Positions 51,601-64,000 of a DNA stretch of 64,000 nt are shown piece by piece (position 1 is the first letter of the stretch; every line of letters begins with the position of its first letter). Source of the stretch: Balanoglossus misakiensis (taxonomy: Eukaryota; Animalia; Hemichordata); the NCBI GenBank assembly GCA_040954595.2, contig CM082584.2, positions 5,770,110 to 5,834,109 on the forward strand, written 5' to 3'. Below the pieces are notes generated by a model, which was given only the letters and a program-made list of their open reading frames with translations, searched no databases and was not told the DNA's origin. The position numbers and the translations under genes were made by a program.

Positions 51601-54600
51601 TAAACCCGTGGACATATGGACACATTCTACATTCTCATTGTAAACATATAGCTGTAAGTACTGAGTAGCCAAACCGTTATAGGAAAATAATCTCTTTCTT
51701 TTTAATACGCCCTACTTGTGATGCTATCAACTGGTGTGTGATTAGCAATGCTTATCATATTTGAGCTTGTACCGATCGAACTTTAATAAATTGAGTAAAC
51801 ACATCTTACACGGGGGAGAGACGGATGGCGATTGTATAATATCAAACAGTCTCTATTCGGTTCAAAGGTCGCAGGTAATGGGGATATCATGACGCAAGTT
51901 CAGCATCATTTCTTCGTGGAAGGCGAGCATTGAATGATAAATTATGGTGTATGAATATTTCTTACAGATTCTACAGAAATTATTCAAGGTTGTTAATTGG
52001 AGTGAAGCAACACGTTACACACAGAGATTTATAGGGCTGATTAAGAAGCTTAGTTACTCACGAACATTTTTTATTTTGAGAGGTTTATTATCTGGGTTGT
52101 CTGTCTTTGGTGGAAACAAAACAAAACAAAACTTACCTGGTTTGGGTTTGGCACTTCGTTTATTCCATGAAACGATACCTGCAATCAAAATGTAAAAATT
52201 GACATGTATCAGAGACGCCTTAAACTTGAAGGACGATAAACTTGTCAGACGCAATAGTTGATATGAGATAATGCTATCAGAAGAATTTAGGAAATTAACA
52301 ATAATCATCTTAAACAATTGAAGGTCGTCGTCCGTGACATTTCAGGTATAAATCATGAGTCACAGCAATTCTGTTGTGACCATTTCCGGGTCACATTGGT
52401 GGGCGATATTTGTGTTGTTAGGAACTGTCGGACAATGATTACAGAATCTGTAATCTGTACCCGGGCACTGAAAACCGTGACGTGCAATTCTATCAGAACT
52501 GTTCCGCGTTCGCCCGATTGATATTATCTGCGTCGCGATAACAAAGACGGGGGAGAAAAGATAAGCTTGGTCGTTTAGATCCACCGTTCTTTGAGATGAC
52601 ATCAATTGAGAGGTTGGGTTTCCGTGACCTATGATCCGAGTAGCAGCTTTATGATTTGTAATTTCTGACGACAATAATGGAGATCCTTGTAAGCGTGATG
52701 GCGGCGTCTCCCCTAAGCACGACATGGGCTGCGCAGATCCAAAATTGGACGTTTTTGATGATGTAGTTGTCTGGCGTTTTGTATACTCTTTGTAATGAAG
52801 TTGAGAACGCTGTCCACTTAGATACTATTCATTGTATTGAGACGAAAAGGTGTGCGTGTTAGCATAGCATTCATAAAGGAGCGAAGCAACCAGGGCGACA
52901 ATGAAAGTTGGTTGTCATTCTCTAAATATGTTTATCGCGCCGCCAGCAAAGTTGGACGTAGTTTACAGATGCGTGCTTTGTTATATACTCTGGTATAGGT
53001 TGTTTCTGTATTTAGACAAGGCCATTTTGAAGCAATGTTTGTGTCTGGTGTAGAAGATGCTGTGTTCTATACTGTACCAGTCCCAGTCACAATATACAGC
53101 AAAGTTAAATTTACGTGAAAGCCTGTAGTCGACAAACACACGAACGAGACAGCATTCTCAACACAGACATAAAAAAACACAGAAGATATTTATACCACCA
53201 TTTCACTAATGGGACAGAGCATACACCGCGTAATATCTAAAGTGTCTTTTGATATTGGGTAAACGACAATATTATTAGAGTACAGCTCCAACCCATTGTC
53301 CCACAAACTTACTATTTTATATCCGATTACATAATACAGAGCGTTAATAATGAAATCGCATTCGATGTACTTTCACGTCTCGGTGAACTCACCGACGACA
53401 ACCACCCATTGAAAGCCTATCAAGGCATTAACGAGAAAAAGACTCATAAAGTAAATATTTTACTGCGTGATTGCTGAAAATCCACCGTGAAAGTGGCAAC
53501 GCTGATAGGATTGGACGTGATCTCAATGCCGTTTACGGGCAACTTAGTTTTTTCATCCATGGAATTTCACACTTACTTAGACCTCCGATTTCCTCCGCGT
53601 CATCGTCGATGTCCCAGGCAGACAGCTGATCCCACTGGCTCTTCGTCCGGTTTCTATGGCAACAGGAAAGAAATAATAATCTCATCAAGTTGTTTGAAAT
53701 GACTGCAGTGTGTGTGTGTTCATGACAGCAGATGAATTAACACACAAAGGCCAGTACTTGGTGGGGGTATGTTTACTACAGTGTATATTTGCCACTCAGT
53801 CTAACATGTCTACTTAGGCCAACTGAAAGAAAGGCGATGAAATGCACGTTGAAAATGAATTATCAAGAGAGATGGATTCTGGATTTGAATGATTTGAATA
53901 CCAAGACAAATTTTAAACCGAAATCGTTCGTCAACATAGAGTTGGGAAGCAAGTATCTAAAACGCACAAAATTGCACATTTAAGCCTATGATATACAGAG
54001 CAATAGAAGGGTTGCGGCTGTGACGTGGCATGGTTACGACATTCGAGATTTTTGTGTCTACCTATGTAGTCTGTAGCAGACAGGCGTTTCAACATGGCTA
54101 GCTGTGACGCCTGTTCGTTTGTTCATAGCTCGTATGGAGTGACTCGGGCTGCAATTAACATGGCATCGCACGCAGCCCGTCGACGTGATATACAGTCGTG
54201 CTACCGGTCTTACATATTACACGCAAGCTTTATTACAAAAGCGTCAAAACGCTGCTCGAAGCTTGGTTGTACATTTGTAGATGCACGTCCGATTAAGTTG
54301 TTAGCGGGGAAACCACTTGAAGCGGGCTATGTACATCCACGGTTTAAGTTATAGCCTTCGCAAACCATTGTCACCCGCAACGCAGCAGGTCGCAAGGGGT
54401 CGACCAGATCAATGGCGACCAAAGATCGGACCCAAACCAAACAACTTTATTTGGCGTCGACGACGTCCCGATGAATATTTCGATTGCCTGTGAAATATGG
54501 ATTGTAAACCCGGCTAATGGAGTGGAGACGTGAGAAGGATTACATCGTAAATGGCGGGGCCTTCACAATTTGTTGTTTATCAGATTATTGTGTACTACAG

Positions 54601-57600
54601 TTTGGACTAACATCCGAAAACACATTCCCACGTAGCACCGGCGGGCACAGACGGCAGCACTTGACATAACACCAGCTTGTAGTCGTGTTGTTGCGTTTCA
54701 TGGCCAGAGGACTCAAACTTCAACAATCAGCCTTTTGTCGCGGATTCCAGCGACCACCTTGTGTTTGTCACAGTTGACTTGGTAATAAACGATGACCATG
54801 TAACTACGACCCTACAGTTTGTCGGGTTTGTGGACGGCCCCCGTTGTTCGGCCGATATGTTTGTTCCTAGTTACGCTCCGTGTGACCTCTTTCAAAACCG
54901 TCGCATTACAACTAATGTTACTTTACATAGTATGGTTGATTACAATACGGTTACACTATATGTGGGTAGTTCTATCCCTACCTGTTGGAGCGTTCTCTCA
55001 GGTTACCGGGGGAGGACTGAACTCTGTCAGACAGTCTACCACTCGGCTGTGTCTTGGGCTTCAACATATCCCCTCGCCTTTGCCCAACTGTTTGCCAACT
55101 GACTTATTTCATATCGTTCCTGTGATATCTCAATGATTTCCGTCTCTGCTCACAGCGTCTGCCACCACTAGTCACATAGCGTTCCTGGTTGTTTTGTTTT
55201 CACCACCGGTTTGTGTACTCTCATTCCCGCTCCATTGTCCGCACTCCGCGATCGCTAAGTTTCCGAATTTGCACCTGAAAAGCCCCCTATCCCTTTATGC
55301 CTGCTGACACTCAAATCGGTGTCGCCTATTGTTTACGCGCCAGCGTCCAATCAACGCGCAGCCAGAGTCTCTCTGTGGCCAGCATCTGTGGGTTGACTTG
55401 CACGTACCACTACGTTGGCGAGTACCGCTCTGCCGGGGTATCGATTTTCTATATCGATTAGTAACGTTATTTATTGTGTGCTCTCTCAAAGACAAGTCGA
55501 TATACCTTAGTCGCATTCCGGGGGAGCGCAAAATTCTTCCTCTTTCTTTGTAAAGTTTGCAGTAAATAATCAACCGGTATTAGGGAGAATTCTCAGAGAA
55601 AGTGTAAATATTCTTTCTTACAGTTGCTGGCGTCGGTTGTTGATATTGGCCTGCGCGTTCGCGTTCACGGACTATTCACCAGGCGATTATATTCCAACAG
55701 GTGGTTGGGATCGAAATTTGAAATCCTCATCCTGGGATTTCTCCATGTTGCTATGCGATAGACTGAACAGTATTTGGGCAATGCGGTCTTTCTTTTGCTA
55801 TATGAATTTTTTAAAATACAGTGCCGTTAAACTGCGAATTTCAGACCCCCCAAAAAACACACACACAAAAAAACACAGATTCAAGACCACGTACAGGCTT
55901 CTACATTACACCATCACCATCACTGTGGTAGGACGCGATCTCTAACAACTTGAAACAATCTCACAAAAGTACACTTTCAATTAAGCACTTATAGCCAAAC
56001 ATTGTGCGTTTATGGAATTGGCAGGACTGACTAGGACGGACCAAAAACTAGAAGCTTACACTTCTTTCGGGAAATCGCTGTGGCGCGGTTTCACTATGAT
56101 GAACTTTCGACTGCACTATATTTCATCACCCCATCCGACATGAAGTTTTTTAAAAGTAACACCGAGTGACGTCACTGGTTGAATGAGATGAAGTGATCTC
56201 CATTTCAGGATGATGATTTGGGCTCATTTTATTCAGAGCACGAGTCATTGCTCAACTGTCAAAGAGGAATGGTTAAATTAACGATCGTTCAAATTAAACC
56301 ATCAGGTAACATGCTAATAGTACGCGAATTTAGCTACTAGCATTACAATTAAGCGAAATTGCAGGTGAGTTAAGTACCACTTACAACGTGTCCAACAGGC
56401 AGACAACTTCTACTTAATGCTGGCGATTTTAGAAAAGATCACGAACGCTCGACGCAAGTTGCTACCTGTTATTGTCAGAGTTGTTGAAAACACACCGGCC
56501 ACTCTACGTAACCATGGACACGGTCGAGTGTCGACGTCGACTGACACCGCAATTTAAAGGCCACGTTTAAGTTCAACATGTTTGATCAATAACCAAATGT
56601 GGATACTTGAAGACAAGGCATGACATTTATAACTAGAGGAGAGTGTTTTGTTGGTCAGTCAAATCAATAAGCAGATAAATAAAACAATTATGTGCTCTTG
56701 TTGCTATTTAGGTGCGCATTGTATTCTCTCTCTGGGTCGCATTGAGGTCACTTTTAGCGAAAGTTGCGTCATTGCAACGGATATAATATAATGAATAGTG
56801 ATGTGTGGACATTTGTCAAATAGTTGTCTGCGCGTACGGACAAATAGACGTCATCGCTCATCGCTGTTCGAGAATCACATTATATGCACGTCCGACCAAA
56901 TAAAACGACAATTTCATCAAAAATCAACTAAACTCAACTTTAATTGAAGTATATACATGTCACCGTACTAGCAAGCATTAATCTCGTTTCAAAGAACGTT
57001 ACGCGATATTTCAATTGTCACACATCTAAATCGAATTCCTGCATGTTGTTTCCTAAGACTTGCTTGCCGCGTTGAAATAAAGGGTAAATTAATTCTATTG
57101 GCATACAGAACAACTCCATGCATTAGTGTAATACATTGTGTTTGGCGTGGTTCAAACACAGCTAAACCATTCTTTGTTGCCGCATCGCTACGTTGTCCCC
57201 TCTCTGTTCATTCACGGTCCTTTGCATGTACAATCTCAATTGTGTTTTGTTTGTTGTACAGAAGAATGACTGTGCCTTGTTAATCTTTGGCCCAAGTCAC
57301 ACTGCCCTCTATCAGGTTACTTACAGCCGTGCCCCCAATCAAGCTGCCTTATCACTTACTGCTTGTAGTTTTACCATTTTGTTAATATGGATGATAAATA
57401 TTTGGATCTTCACTTGAAGGAGGATTACATAAGGTTATACACACATATATACGTGACGTCACTGCGACCGCGCTACAGGTGCTAGCCTTGGGCTTATTGT
57501 GAACAATACCATGATACGTGTATTACAACCGCCATCAGGAAATAACATGACATTCAAGAATAAATCCGGTTTAACGTACATGAACTGAAATGTGCGCATA

Positions 57601-58477
57601 CGGTGTAACCACAGACTAGCATTGGGCCGTGGACGCTGCTGACTTATAGACACTCACATACCGGATTTTAAGATCATTTTACGATCAGCGTTAAAAACCT
57701 GCGACATTTTCAACTCGAAAGCTGAACTAACTCAACCGGATTTGTTTGAGTGAATGCGCTCTAAATTGCATAATTTTATTGACGATATTGGAATTTAGTC
57801 AATTATATCATTAGGCCGTGAGAAAAAATCAAATAATGAACACTCTGGTTATATGCTACGCGAGTCTCACATAAACCATAGCTAATTAATTAACTGTGTG
57901 AAATTTATATTTTAAATGAAGGTAGCGAGTCATCTATGTACGCTTCAGTGCACTGACCTTGTTAACGTGGATTTTACTCGTTAACTACAGTTGACATTAT
58001 CAACAATATACTCGCATTTGTCATTTTGAAATAAAAAAAATCTTGTAATTCTTTTGATAAAATGTGAATATGATTGCCTCGGGTTGTTACACTAGCGAGA
58101 CGTGGGTGGACTGCAAACTTCCAACTGCGTTATTTAAACTCGACCCGAACTTCAACATTCGCCGTACTCCAAATAGTTGCAGTGTTTATTCTGTCGCTAA
58201 TGCTGGCTCCGATCAGAGTTGCCATTCAACAACCACTTGTTAGCTCAGTGCGCGGAATCCTGACGCAGCTTCAGTCTCTATCGACGGACGAATTCAACAA
58301 ACCTCCGAGCTTATGGGAAATACATTAGCGCCTGTAGCTAGGCCGTGCCTTTCAAAACTTCCCTTTAAGGGGACCAGTCGAGAATAGACCTTAATCCCGC
58401 GTTTCTTTCATGTCAAGTCAGAGCGAGTCGTAAAGGGCAGAAAAAAATAAAGAAATAACAAACCTTCTTTTCTTCAT
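45676..58477 (-). CDS. Uncharacterised ~502-aa protein, Ser/Pro-rich, with a Cys/His-rich C-terminus
   Basis: Exons (minus strand) 58477-58464 (tentative, MKKRR), 53653-53577, 52178-52137, 48668-47425, 45807-45676. GT-AG introns with matching phases; total 1509 nt. The 1244-nt exon contains the supplied 327-aa ORF. No family recognised; the first exon is the least certain. Confidence 0.65.
48727..48909. mobile_element. Tc1/mariner (pogo-type) MITE
   Basis: TA-CAGTCAATTCTGT ... ACAGGTTTAACTG-TA, with internal tandem GACCACCTCTATATAGT repeats. Confidence 0.75.
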
Positions 58478-59550
58478 ATTATCCGCGTGTCTCCGATTAC
58501 CACAGAATGAGAAACCCATCAAAAATTTTCAGTCCGAGATAAGTAGCGGCTTAGTGTCCATAGACATGTAACCGGCAGGGAAAAAATCACCAAGGGACAT
58601 TTTCTTCACCGTATCAATAGCACCCACTCTAAAAAAAGTCGAGGTCGACCTGCAGTGTATAGAATTCATTCAACCGATGTCTTAAAGTCTACATCGGGGA
58701 TGAACTGACATATACCGATCGATTTCTTCGCAGATGGAAGCCAGACTCTGGGGCAGCCAGTGTGTATAGTTGCGGTAGTTTTTTTTTTACAGATCCGTGA
58801 GCTCCCCGCATTCGCGTGTACAAGAACTTGACTCACGAACTACCGCCGGGCGCAGTGACACACTGTTTACGCCGTGACATTGTTGATGGCCAATAAAAGG
58901 CAACTCCTCGAGTCAACGAAACGGGTCACGTGACTTATTGACTCCGATGTGCACCGAGCGAGCCTTCATTGCCTGGATGGTCGGTCACGCAAGAGAGGCG
59001 CTTTGTGATTGAACATCGATTTCTATATAATGTGAGTTACCCTTGGGGTTGTCTGATTCAGGTGCGATCCCCGAGAACGATTGGTTCGCTGTGTGACCTC
59101 TACCTTTAAAGACAATAAATATTCCTGACTTAGTGACAGGAGTCGATGGACATTGCCTGGGAGCAAAGGTATGCGCGCGTCAGTACGAGAAGTTGCACTG
59201 CGATCAAGCACCCAACAAACTAGCCACTTTAATTCGATTCCAAATACGCATATCCCGACCATATGCGTTGGATGTGTCCTGGGTTTGCCTTGAGGTTTGA
59301 TTCCCACGTAATCGCGGGTGTTGTTTGTTGTGTTTGTGTTTCATATCCTCTTTGGAGATTGCTGGTCGTGGTCGTCAAGATGCCAGGGATTAATCTGGAG
59401 AGCGAGTCGAGATCCTGATAAACCAGGTTGCCAATTCATTACTGCATGATTAGCGCGCGCACATATATACACACTCACAATGGCTATGTAAGCACGCCCC
59501 CACGCCATTAAACTTGCCGTTAAAGATTCATTCAGCCTATCTTAGCATAT

Positions 59551-59724
59551 CAACACAACACGGCACAGCACACAACACAAAACAAAACAAAATGAATGAT
59601 TTTAATTGTAGCGACTTCAAAAATGGTTAATTGAGATCAACAAAACACGACACAGCACACAACACCAAACAAAACAAAATGAAAGATTTTAATTATAACG
59701 ACTTCAAAAATGTTTAATTGAGAT
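59551..59724. repeat. Two-unit tandem duplication (~87 bp)
   Basis: CAACA(C/A)AACACG(G/A)CACAGCACACAACAC...GACTTCAAAAATG(G/T)TTAATTGAGAT occurs twice head to tail. Confidence 0.85.
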
Positions 59725-61498
59725 AGGACAGTGAAAACAAGTGTTGGGCAATCGTGTTTATAGACCGTGTTATTCTTTAATAACCACCTGTTTGCTGTGC
59801 ATTTGACAACCACCCGCCGGGGTGTCATGTCACCACTTTTTCTTTTTGTCAACGTTAATTAAGTTTCGACTGCGCCAATATACAGTCTTTCGTCGAGTCA
59901 GTCCAGAGCAGTGGATGACACGGTAGACGTCATCAGTGCCATTGATTTTATCTTGGGCCACACTTTTCTTCCAAACATTATTCGTTACAATTACAGAACC
60001 TCAGACAATAACTTCTCACTTCTGATTCTTACAGGAATAAAACGATCATTTCGTGATATTGTGAGGGGGTGTCCATATCAAAATGAAGGTGTAGCTAGTA
60101 CGTTTTCTTTATAAAGTGCTGTTGCCTAGCAACGGAGAATATGAGAAGCGTCCTCGGCATATTATGTCTGTGATTATGCAGTTCTACTGACCGAAATGTC
60201 TTCCTACTGATGAAAATATTCAGGTGGATCACCTGATATCCGAATGGTTCATTTTTCAGCTCTTTATCCTGGTATCTTGCTGCCAGTCATCGATGATTGG
60301 ACCATAGTGGCTTATTGGCCACAAGGCTTGAGCATTGCACAAGAATTGACACAAAAATATAAGGCGGGTGATTTTGGAGTTTATGCGGCGAATGCCCGTG
60401 GCACATGTAATACGCGCATACCCCGAGACTTTGGGGCCACAAGCGACTGTGATTGGGCCGAGTACTCGTGTCTTGTCTGTCACAGTGTTGTACAATCGGT
60501 ATCCAGGAAACCCATTCGGAGAGGGCGCTGTTCGCCGTGGGTTTTCTGGCATTGACTGAGTTCGATTCAGGTTTACCGACAACTGTAACGATAGCTCGCG
60601 CACTTGAAACGAGGGATAACCAAACCAAACATTTTCATGTTATTGCCATGTATTAAACATGACTTATGTTTAATTATATACAATTCACCATGTTACCATT
60701 TATAACATCGGTGACTTGGTTAAAACAAAAAATCGTCTCACTTTTATTTTCTTATGGTGGATCCGTCGTTCATTATACATTTACGATCAAAGGGCAAGTC
60801 ATAATATGTATATCTTAAGGTAAATTTGAACAATTTTAAATGGCGCACTAACAAAACACCAACAGAATACATACTGGTAGCAACTGTTCACCCAAATCAT
60901 AGTGTCTGTAATACAATTAGTAGTATTTTGTTAATAATTCTAAAATTACCGTGACAATCGAATTTGCCTTCTCATATTAGTATTAAAAGAAAACAAACCC
61001 AAAAAGTACACATTCAACCCATTACATCATAACACAAATAGTTTTGTGTCGACGTATGTCAGTAACTGGTGACTATACCTGTACAGAGAATTGTCATGAC
61101 AGTATAAAATTCTCCCCGCCGTGCCAAGATGACAAAGTATTTTGTAGAAGCTGAAAAATAATTCTGGACTATCAGAAAGGCTACACGGCATAAAGATTTT
61201 TATGAATAATATTGGGTCAGTTGTAATTAAAGACGCGGGAAACGTTATTACCAGTTTGAAGATATGCAAAGTTGGCGAAATAGGTAAGATTTAAGATTCA
61301 CTGGGAAACGATATGGTTTTCCTTGCATCAGTTGGAATAAGTGTTCTATAGTTAAGTCTGAACTGATACTAACTCTGTGTGTTAACGTTTCGGACATTGC
61401 CTTGTCTTAGGACAGAGTCACTTGGTCGATTGGTAATACCTGCAATATGCAGATATGAAATAGTGCCTTACATCGCATTGATTTGAATTGTATTGTAT

Positions 61499-64000
61499 TT
61501 ATTCCAAAATACATTCTACAATTTCAAGGCACTCTTTGGCCGTCGGACGAGCGAAGGGATCGGCCAGCCAACACTTCCTCATCAGATCCTGCCACCCGGC
61601 AGACGGCTCGTGTTTCTTCGTCACATCCGGCCGATAACCGCCTTTGATCTTCGTGATGAATTCCAACATACTGCTGTCTTCATCCTCGTACGCGTACTCG
61701 CCGTACCACATCTCCCAGATGATCAAACCCAGCGAGTAAATGTCGGCCTTGTTGTTGTACTTCTTCGATGTCAACATCTCTGGCGGCATGTAGTAGATGG
61801 AACCGACGAAGCTGTTGATGACATCTTGTTCCCGCTTCGTCAAGCCGAGGTCGGCCAGTTTGATCTTGGCGCGGCTGTCAACCTGGAAATGGCAGAGTTA
61901 GCAATTAATGCCCGACTGTGAGCGCAAACACGGACTTGGGTTGTTCTTTAATGTTTCTAGGTTCCCGTACTGAATTTTATCCGTGAAAACGATTTTACGA
62001 CCTGTTTACTTGTTATATACATGTATTAAGATTAAAAAACTGGTAATTTCCAGCATATATATATGAAAATTTCAAGAGGATATCGTTATTTCACAGGATC
62101 ACAACACGTGAAAAATGTTATAGCGCGTCCGTGTGTGTGTATCTTTCTGTTAGCACGATATCTCAAGAACGGTTGATCAGATTTCGATCAGGTTTGGGAC
62201 ACAGATGAAACTAGTACTTGTCGCTAAACTGTAGTATGTTTTGAAAATGCTAAAACATGCTGGATAATAAAACTGAATGTACTGGCCGTGGGGAGAAGAG
62301 AACAAAGATACTGACCAACACATTGTCTATCTTCATATCCCTGTGTATATATCCCCTGTCGTGGATAAACGCTAATGCTGATATCAACTGCTTTGACATG
62401 TCTTTCATCAGATTCAGAGCCGTTCGTCTTCCGGGGGTGCCGGGTGCATGTTTTGCGGGGATCCGCTCTTTGAAGTTGAAGATGAAATCCTTCAGACCGA
62501 CACACAGTTCGAACGCCATGGCCAATTGTTTGCGTGGTTTTCGGCGCAGAGCAGAACCGTAGTATGTGACTACATGAGGACCGGATAATTTGCTAGAAAT
62601 GAAAACATCAAAAATGACGTTAGACCCGAGGATGTAGCCATGGGCATGTTACGTTTTTAACATTGATTAAAACATGCTGCAAGTAAGATGGTAAAGTAAA
62701 ATATCTTCCCTTGTCCAAAACTACATCATAGAGAAAAACACACATTTTTTATCTGTGTATTAAAGATTCGTGTCGGAAATAAGTGCAAACAGTCATGAAA
62801 AGATCTTGAAGGTAAGACCAACAAAATTTATGTTAGCAAAGCCAAAAATTGCATCCAGAAAAAGATTCCAAACTACATGTATAGCATATAATCGCAAGCT
62901 TATAGGGCAAAATAGATGTTTTATGTCTCGTTTGAAACCTGGATTTCATTGCTTTAACAACAACGTGAAGGATGTCTTCTTTTCGTTAAATTTATTATTG
63001 CTCATCGGATACCTGTCTTGTGACCAATCATGATTTACCTGAGAGCTTCTTCCTCTGTGACGTAATCAGTAGCCAGGTCTGGCGTCACGTTTTCGCGCAG
63101 TACTTTCAAGGCGATTGGGATCTCTTCGCCTCTTCTCACTAAAGTAGCGTGGAACACGTCGGCGAAACTGCCACTAGCGATGGCCGACAGGGGACTCCAG
63201 TCTCGCAGATCCTCGAACCTGAACTCGTATTCTCGTACATTCTCGAGCTGATACAGGTTCAGTTTGCTGATGATTTTATAGCACGTACGGTAGAGTCTTG
63301 TGTACTCGTCTTTTGTGTGCGCCGATATCTGTCTGTCGCGGTTGATACTTTCCATGAGGCTGCGATCAGCGTTGATGATCTTGGGAACTAAGTTCATGAG
63401 CTGAGATAACGATCCGTCTAGGTCGTCGAACTGGTCGTGTACAATTCTCTCTAGATTCTCCCGCTCGCAGAATTCTTTGAGGACTTCCTTGGCAGTTTCT
63501 TGCAGGTGGTGCACTTTGTTTTTTCTATAGTCCTCCAGTTTTTTCCTGGCCGACACCCGCCTGTGTATTGCATAGATCCCCGCCGCTGGAACCCACACAA
63601 TGCTGGCCACCACTGCCAGCGGAACCAAAATGGGAGCACTGGCACCGAGCGCTATCTTAGTCGAGGTCGGCATTCTGTACGCCTCCGAGACTTCGTCGTA
63701 GCTGCCGAACGGTTTGAGTTCAAATGATCTACCGACGGACATCGCCTCCTCCACTTCCGACAGATAGTCCTCAAGCAGACCGAACTTCTCTTTGAAATTA
63801 ATCTGCAACTGCTGCCTGGTTTTCTTGAACCACTGATTGTCGCCGTCCCACTCGTAGACGAGACCCTCGATTCGTTTCAATATGGCCGCCCTCGTGTGCT
63901 TCTCGACGGCGTCCATGGTTCTCAGGTCCAGGGCGTCGGCTTCTGTCCAGTGAGTGATGGCATCCAGACAGTCCTCGGTGAGATATGTTTGAAGGGACTC
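61499..64000 (-). CDS. DSTYK-like protein kinase (helical region, hydrophobic hairpin, C-terminal kinase domain); 5' part outside the window
   Basis: Exons >64000-63039, 62592-62316, 61882-61499 with matching phases. Kinase motifs: IASGSFADV, IALKVL, HRDMKIDNVL, KLADLGLTK, GSIYYMPPE, ADIYSLG, CWLADPFARP. The frame is open to the window edge. Confidence 0.88.

Noticed and set aside
59039-59345. Alternative first exon for the unrecognised gene
   Set aside because: Has a donor-like site but no ATG-led frame that joins exon 53653 in phase; it may be 5' UTR.
60244-60656. Overlapping ORFs between the kinase 3' end and the unrecognised gene
   Set aside because: No domain or splice evidence; likely non-coding.

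Overview
Eukaryotic (animal) genomic DNA, AT-rich, with GT-AG introns and many short DNA-transposon relics. It looks like an invertebrate deuterostome such as a hemichordate, but that is inference only. Four spliced protein-coding genes can be assembled by hand with consistent intron phases: (1) a 20-exon, 999-aa secretory-pathway protein with several thioredoxin-like folds and one CGSC motif (+, 4432-23630); (2) a two-exon KLF1/2/4-family zinc-finger transcription factor (+, 33147-34880); (3) an unrecognised ~502-aa, largely low-complexity protein (-, 58477-45676); (4) the 3' part of a DSTYK-like kinase with a hydrophobic hairpin (-, runs off the right edge). The first 3.5 kb is a mosaic of decayed transposon pieces, including an intron-containing ZNF862-like hAT transposase pseudogene. 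MITEs with Kolobok-, piggyBac-, Harbinger- and Tc1/pogo-type ends and several microsatellites are scattered throughout. The most striking signal is regulatory. The KLF promoter carries GGCTTATATACC-N4-CTAAATATAG, which closely resembles my recollection of the vertebrate KLF2 flow-responsive MEF2 element. It also has a second copy of that module and CArG, CRE and AP-1 sites, and the 3' UTR has a miR-92 seed match. No rRNA, tRNA or CRISPR features were seen.
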